A DNA stretch of 64,000 bases from Lingula anatina (taxonomy: Eukaryota > Animalia > Brachiopoda), in NCBI GenBank assembly GCA_051362555.1, contig CM120641.1, positions 15,066,001 through 15,130,000 on the forward strand, given 5' to 3'. This document shows positions 61,464 through 64,000 of this stretch, piece after piece; positions within the stretch are counted from its first letter, which is position 1; each line of letters begins with the position of its first letter. The position numbers and the translations under genes are program-made. The notes under the pieces were generated by a model. That model had not been told where the DNA came from. It worked only from the letters and a program-made list of their open reading frames with translations, and did not search any database.

Positions 61464-63706
61464 AAAGTTAACACCCAAAAGTTGAGTGGAACAATACACA
61501 GCTGGTGGGACGTCAGATGTTATGCGGGAGATACTGTATACTTAATCGCACAGCTATTCCCGGCTAAATGATTTAATTACTTAGTTCTTAGCACAGCCAA
61601 GTTACGATGAGGTTTTTATCCGATTGCTAGACAGACTATATCTACTTAACCAAGATTTTGGCTTCTTGTGTATTTAAATTGGGTTTCTTTTTGTTTACTT
61701 TACTCCTGGAATTCTAAACCAGTTCCACCAGTAGGCCAAATTAAATTAAGGTGTAACATGAGCTGTGCATCATTATTTCTTGCTCTCAGTCACTATAATG
61801 TTTCTTCTGTCGAGTAAAAAAAAAGTGACGGAAATTTATGAAGAATAGGACAGAATATCTGGCTACTGTAAATTTCACCCGTCGACCATAACTATCATTT
61901 CGACGTTTTCGGGGCCGCGCCTGCAGACGTTTGTGAAATCCTCTTTTCTATAATGAGAGAAGTATTCTTTCGTATTATTTGTCATAACAGATCTATAAAT
62001 GAACATTTAATGAACATTTTAGCCCTTTCTATGAGTAAATGTAGCACTTCCAATGACAAGTAGCCCAACAGTATTTCTGACTCCGAAGAAACAAAATGAG
62101 TTCGACGCTGTTCCACACCAAATCTACACCTTTATTTTCCCCAATCTTCTGCTAAATTCTATCCCTGGCCATGCCTGGCGTATTCCCAGGTGGACTATTT
62201 ATCTCGTGTCTGCAGGAGCCAAAAGAGTATACTCTCACACACAGGAGCTCAAAAGTCATTTTGAATCATCTTGAGGAATTGGAAAATAAAGAAGCATCAT
62301 GCAGCGAATTAAACTATTCCTTTTCAACCCAGATCCAATATATTGATTTGGGTCTTATTTAGTTTTAAGGAAAGGTGACACGAAATCATATTTCCTAGAA
62401 AAAGGTTTGAAAACATTTCAATCGAGTTATTTGAATTTCCAATAGTTATGGACAAATGGCAACGTCATCAAGAGTCTTGCTTATAGTGATGATTAATGTT
62501 ATTTTTCTCCGTTTTGCGTTTCACCCTACAAACACAAAATGAAGACCATTGACCTCCTACATGTATGTCCATAAACCATCCATATGGGATTGACTAATAA
62601 TGAAAATGCGATACTCCTGTAAAATGCCACATTATTTAATCAATCAATAACCTTCTTTACTACAAACCAGTACTGGAACACGTGCATGTTCACGTCATTC
62701 CCAAACGTTTACAGTTGAAGGGCAAACACTGTAATTGATAAGAAGCTATAAAAGATGTAAAACTACCCAACCCCCCACACATCCCCACACACGCACCCAA
62801 TTATCAATCAATAATAAAACTACGAATATTCAAGCGTACTTTCAAGTGTTCCAACATATGAAAAACACATTCCGTCCCTTGATCCTTTTTCCTTATCAAA
62901 AGGATGATACGTTTTATCCTGAATATACAAACATTCAGCTTTTATTAAATGTTATCTGCAAAAATACATTTTGCTTTTTAAACAAACTTCAAAGGTGCTA
63001 CTGGGCATGGCCAAGTTTTTCACTCCTGACATACATCTTTGTAATCAAACAGAAAATCAACAAATAAGCCGTCTTTACCCAGCTACCTAAACACTTCAGT
63101 TATTTTCAAACTATTTGAAGTTTACAGTATATGATAACAGAGACATTAACTTTAAAACTATCAGCAAAAATACAAAAACGGCAAGTAGTAGCTGTAGTCA
63201 TGCATATACATGTGGTCTAAAGATGAATTCTAACAAGTCATTTTGTCTTTGTAATTCGATAGGGTGATGTAGACAACTTGAAATATGTTAAAATACTAGG
63301 CAAATTCATCATCAAGTCCATTAGCCAATAAAGATTCCCATAAAGAATCTGCATAATGCTAATGCATAGAAATCTGACAGTTAAACCAGACCAAAACCCC
63401 TGTATATGTCTTTAATACAGTCATCATAAATGTGATTGTAAATTTAAATTTTCCTTGAAAGAACCGACCATGTGAGGACTGCTCTGAATTATTTGATCTA
63501 GATGCTATGCTAGTTCTCAAGCTGGTTCAGATAAGGGGGTAACAAAAATCTGCTTTTTCAGGAAAAATACCCAGGCCTAGACATATTAGCACAGTTTGCC
63601 ATTCTGAAAGACAAGACAAAAAAGTGTCAATTTTTTCAACAAATTAGCTTCTTCTTGTCCAAGCGAAATCCTTTACATCAGCTCCAAAGTGACCCTGATC
63701 ACCTTT

Positions 63707-63969
63707 GAGCGTACTCAGAACAGATGATCCGCAGACTAACTGATCCGACAACTAAATATGACTTAAATAGTGATGCTGCTAATTCCCTGATGGTCTTCCC
63801 TCCTCTACAAGCACCATTAAATGGATTTGCAAATATTCACATTACAATGGGTGTGGAGGCCGGGATTAGCAGACCATTAGGGGATTAGCACATCACTTTT
63901 TAAGTGGGGTTGGTCATATTTAGTCGGTGGATCAGTTAGTCCTCGGGACATCTGTTCTGAATGCGTTCT
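63707..63969. mobile_element. MITE of the same CATTCAGAACAG-terminus group
   Basis: TCAGAACAGATG..GACTAACTGATCC..ACTAAATATGAC is mirrored by GTCATATTTAGT..GGATCAGTTAGTC..CATCTGTTCTGAATGCG. Confidence 0.68.
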
Positions 63970-64000
63970 TTGGCTCCACTCCCAAGTGTAAAGTGGCTCT

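Noticed and set aside
49300-64000. Numerous 60-110 aa ORFs in the last 15 kb
   Set aside because: They show no domains, no coherent splice chains and intergenic-like composition, so they are treated as non-coding.

Overview
Eukaryotic, AT-rich, intron-containing DNA, most likely from a marine invertebrate (lophotrochozoan-like; this is inferred from the repeat types and gene content). Genes were assembled by hand from splice sites and reading-frame phase. In order: (1) a CR1/L2-type LINE with intact ORF1 and an ORF2 that appears to have lost its RT core; (2) two tandem isoaspartyl peptidase/L-asparaginase (ASRGL1) units that appear to splice in frame into one 653-aa double-domain protein, with a 4.1-kb Helentron-like (HINE) element carrying 146-bp satellite arrays in one intron; (3) a 259-aa type II membrane BRICHOS protein with a C-terminal 4-Cys peptide and a probable GC-AG intron; (4) MOSMO/C16orf52; (5) a spliced 218-aa protein with two muconolactone-isomerase-like repeats, plus a decayed copy of its first exon; (6) a 173-aa globin with an N-myristoylation motif; (7) an SBK1/meng-po-like Ser/Thr kinase with an uninterrupted CDS and a cluster of full CRE palindromes around it. 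The rest is intergenic DNA with MITEs, transposon relics and microsatellites. No RNA genes or CRISPR arrays were recognised. All gene models and family calls are from reading the sequence and recalled motifs, with no database searches.
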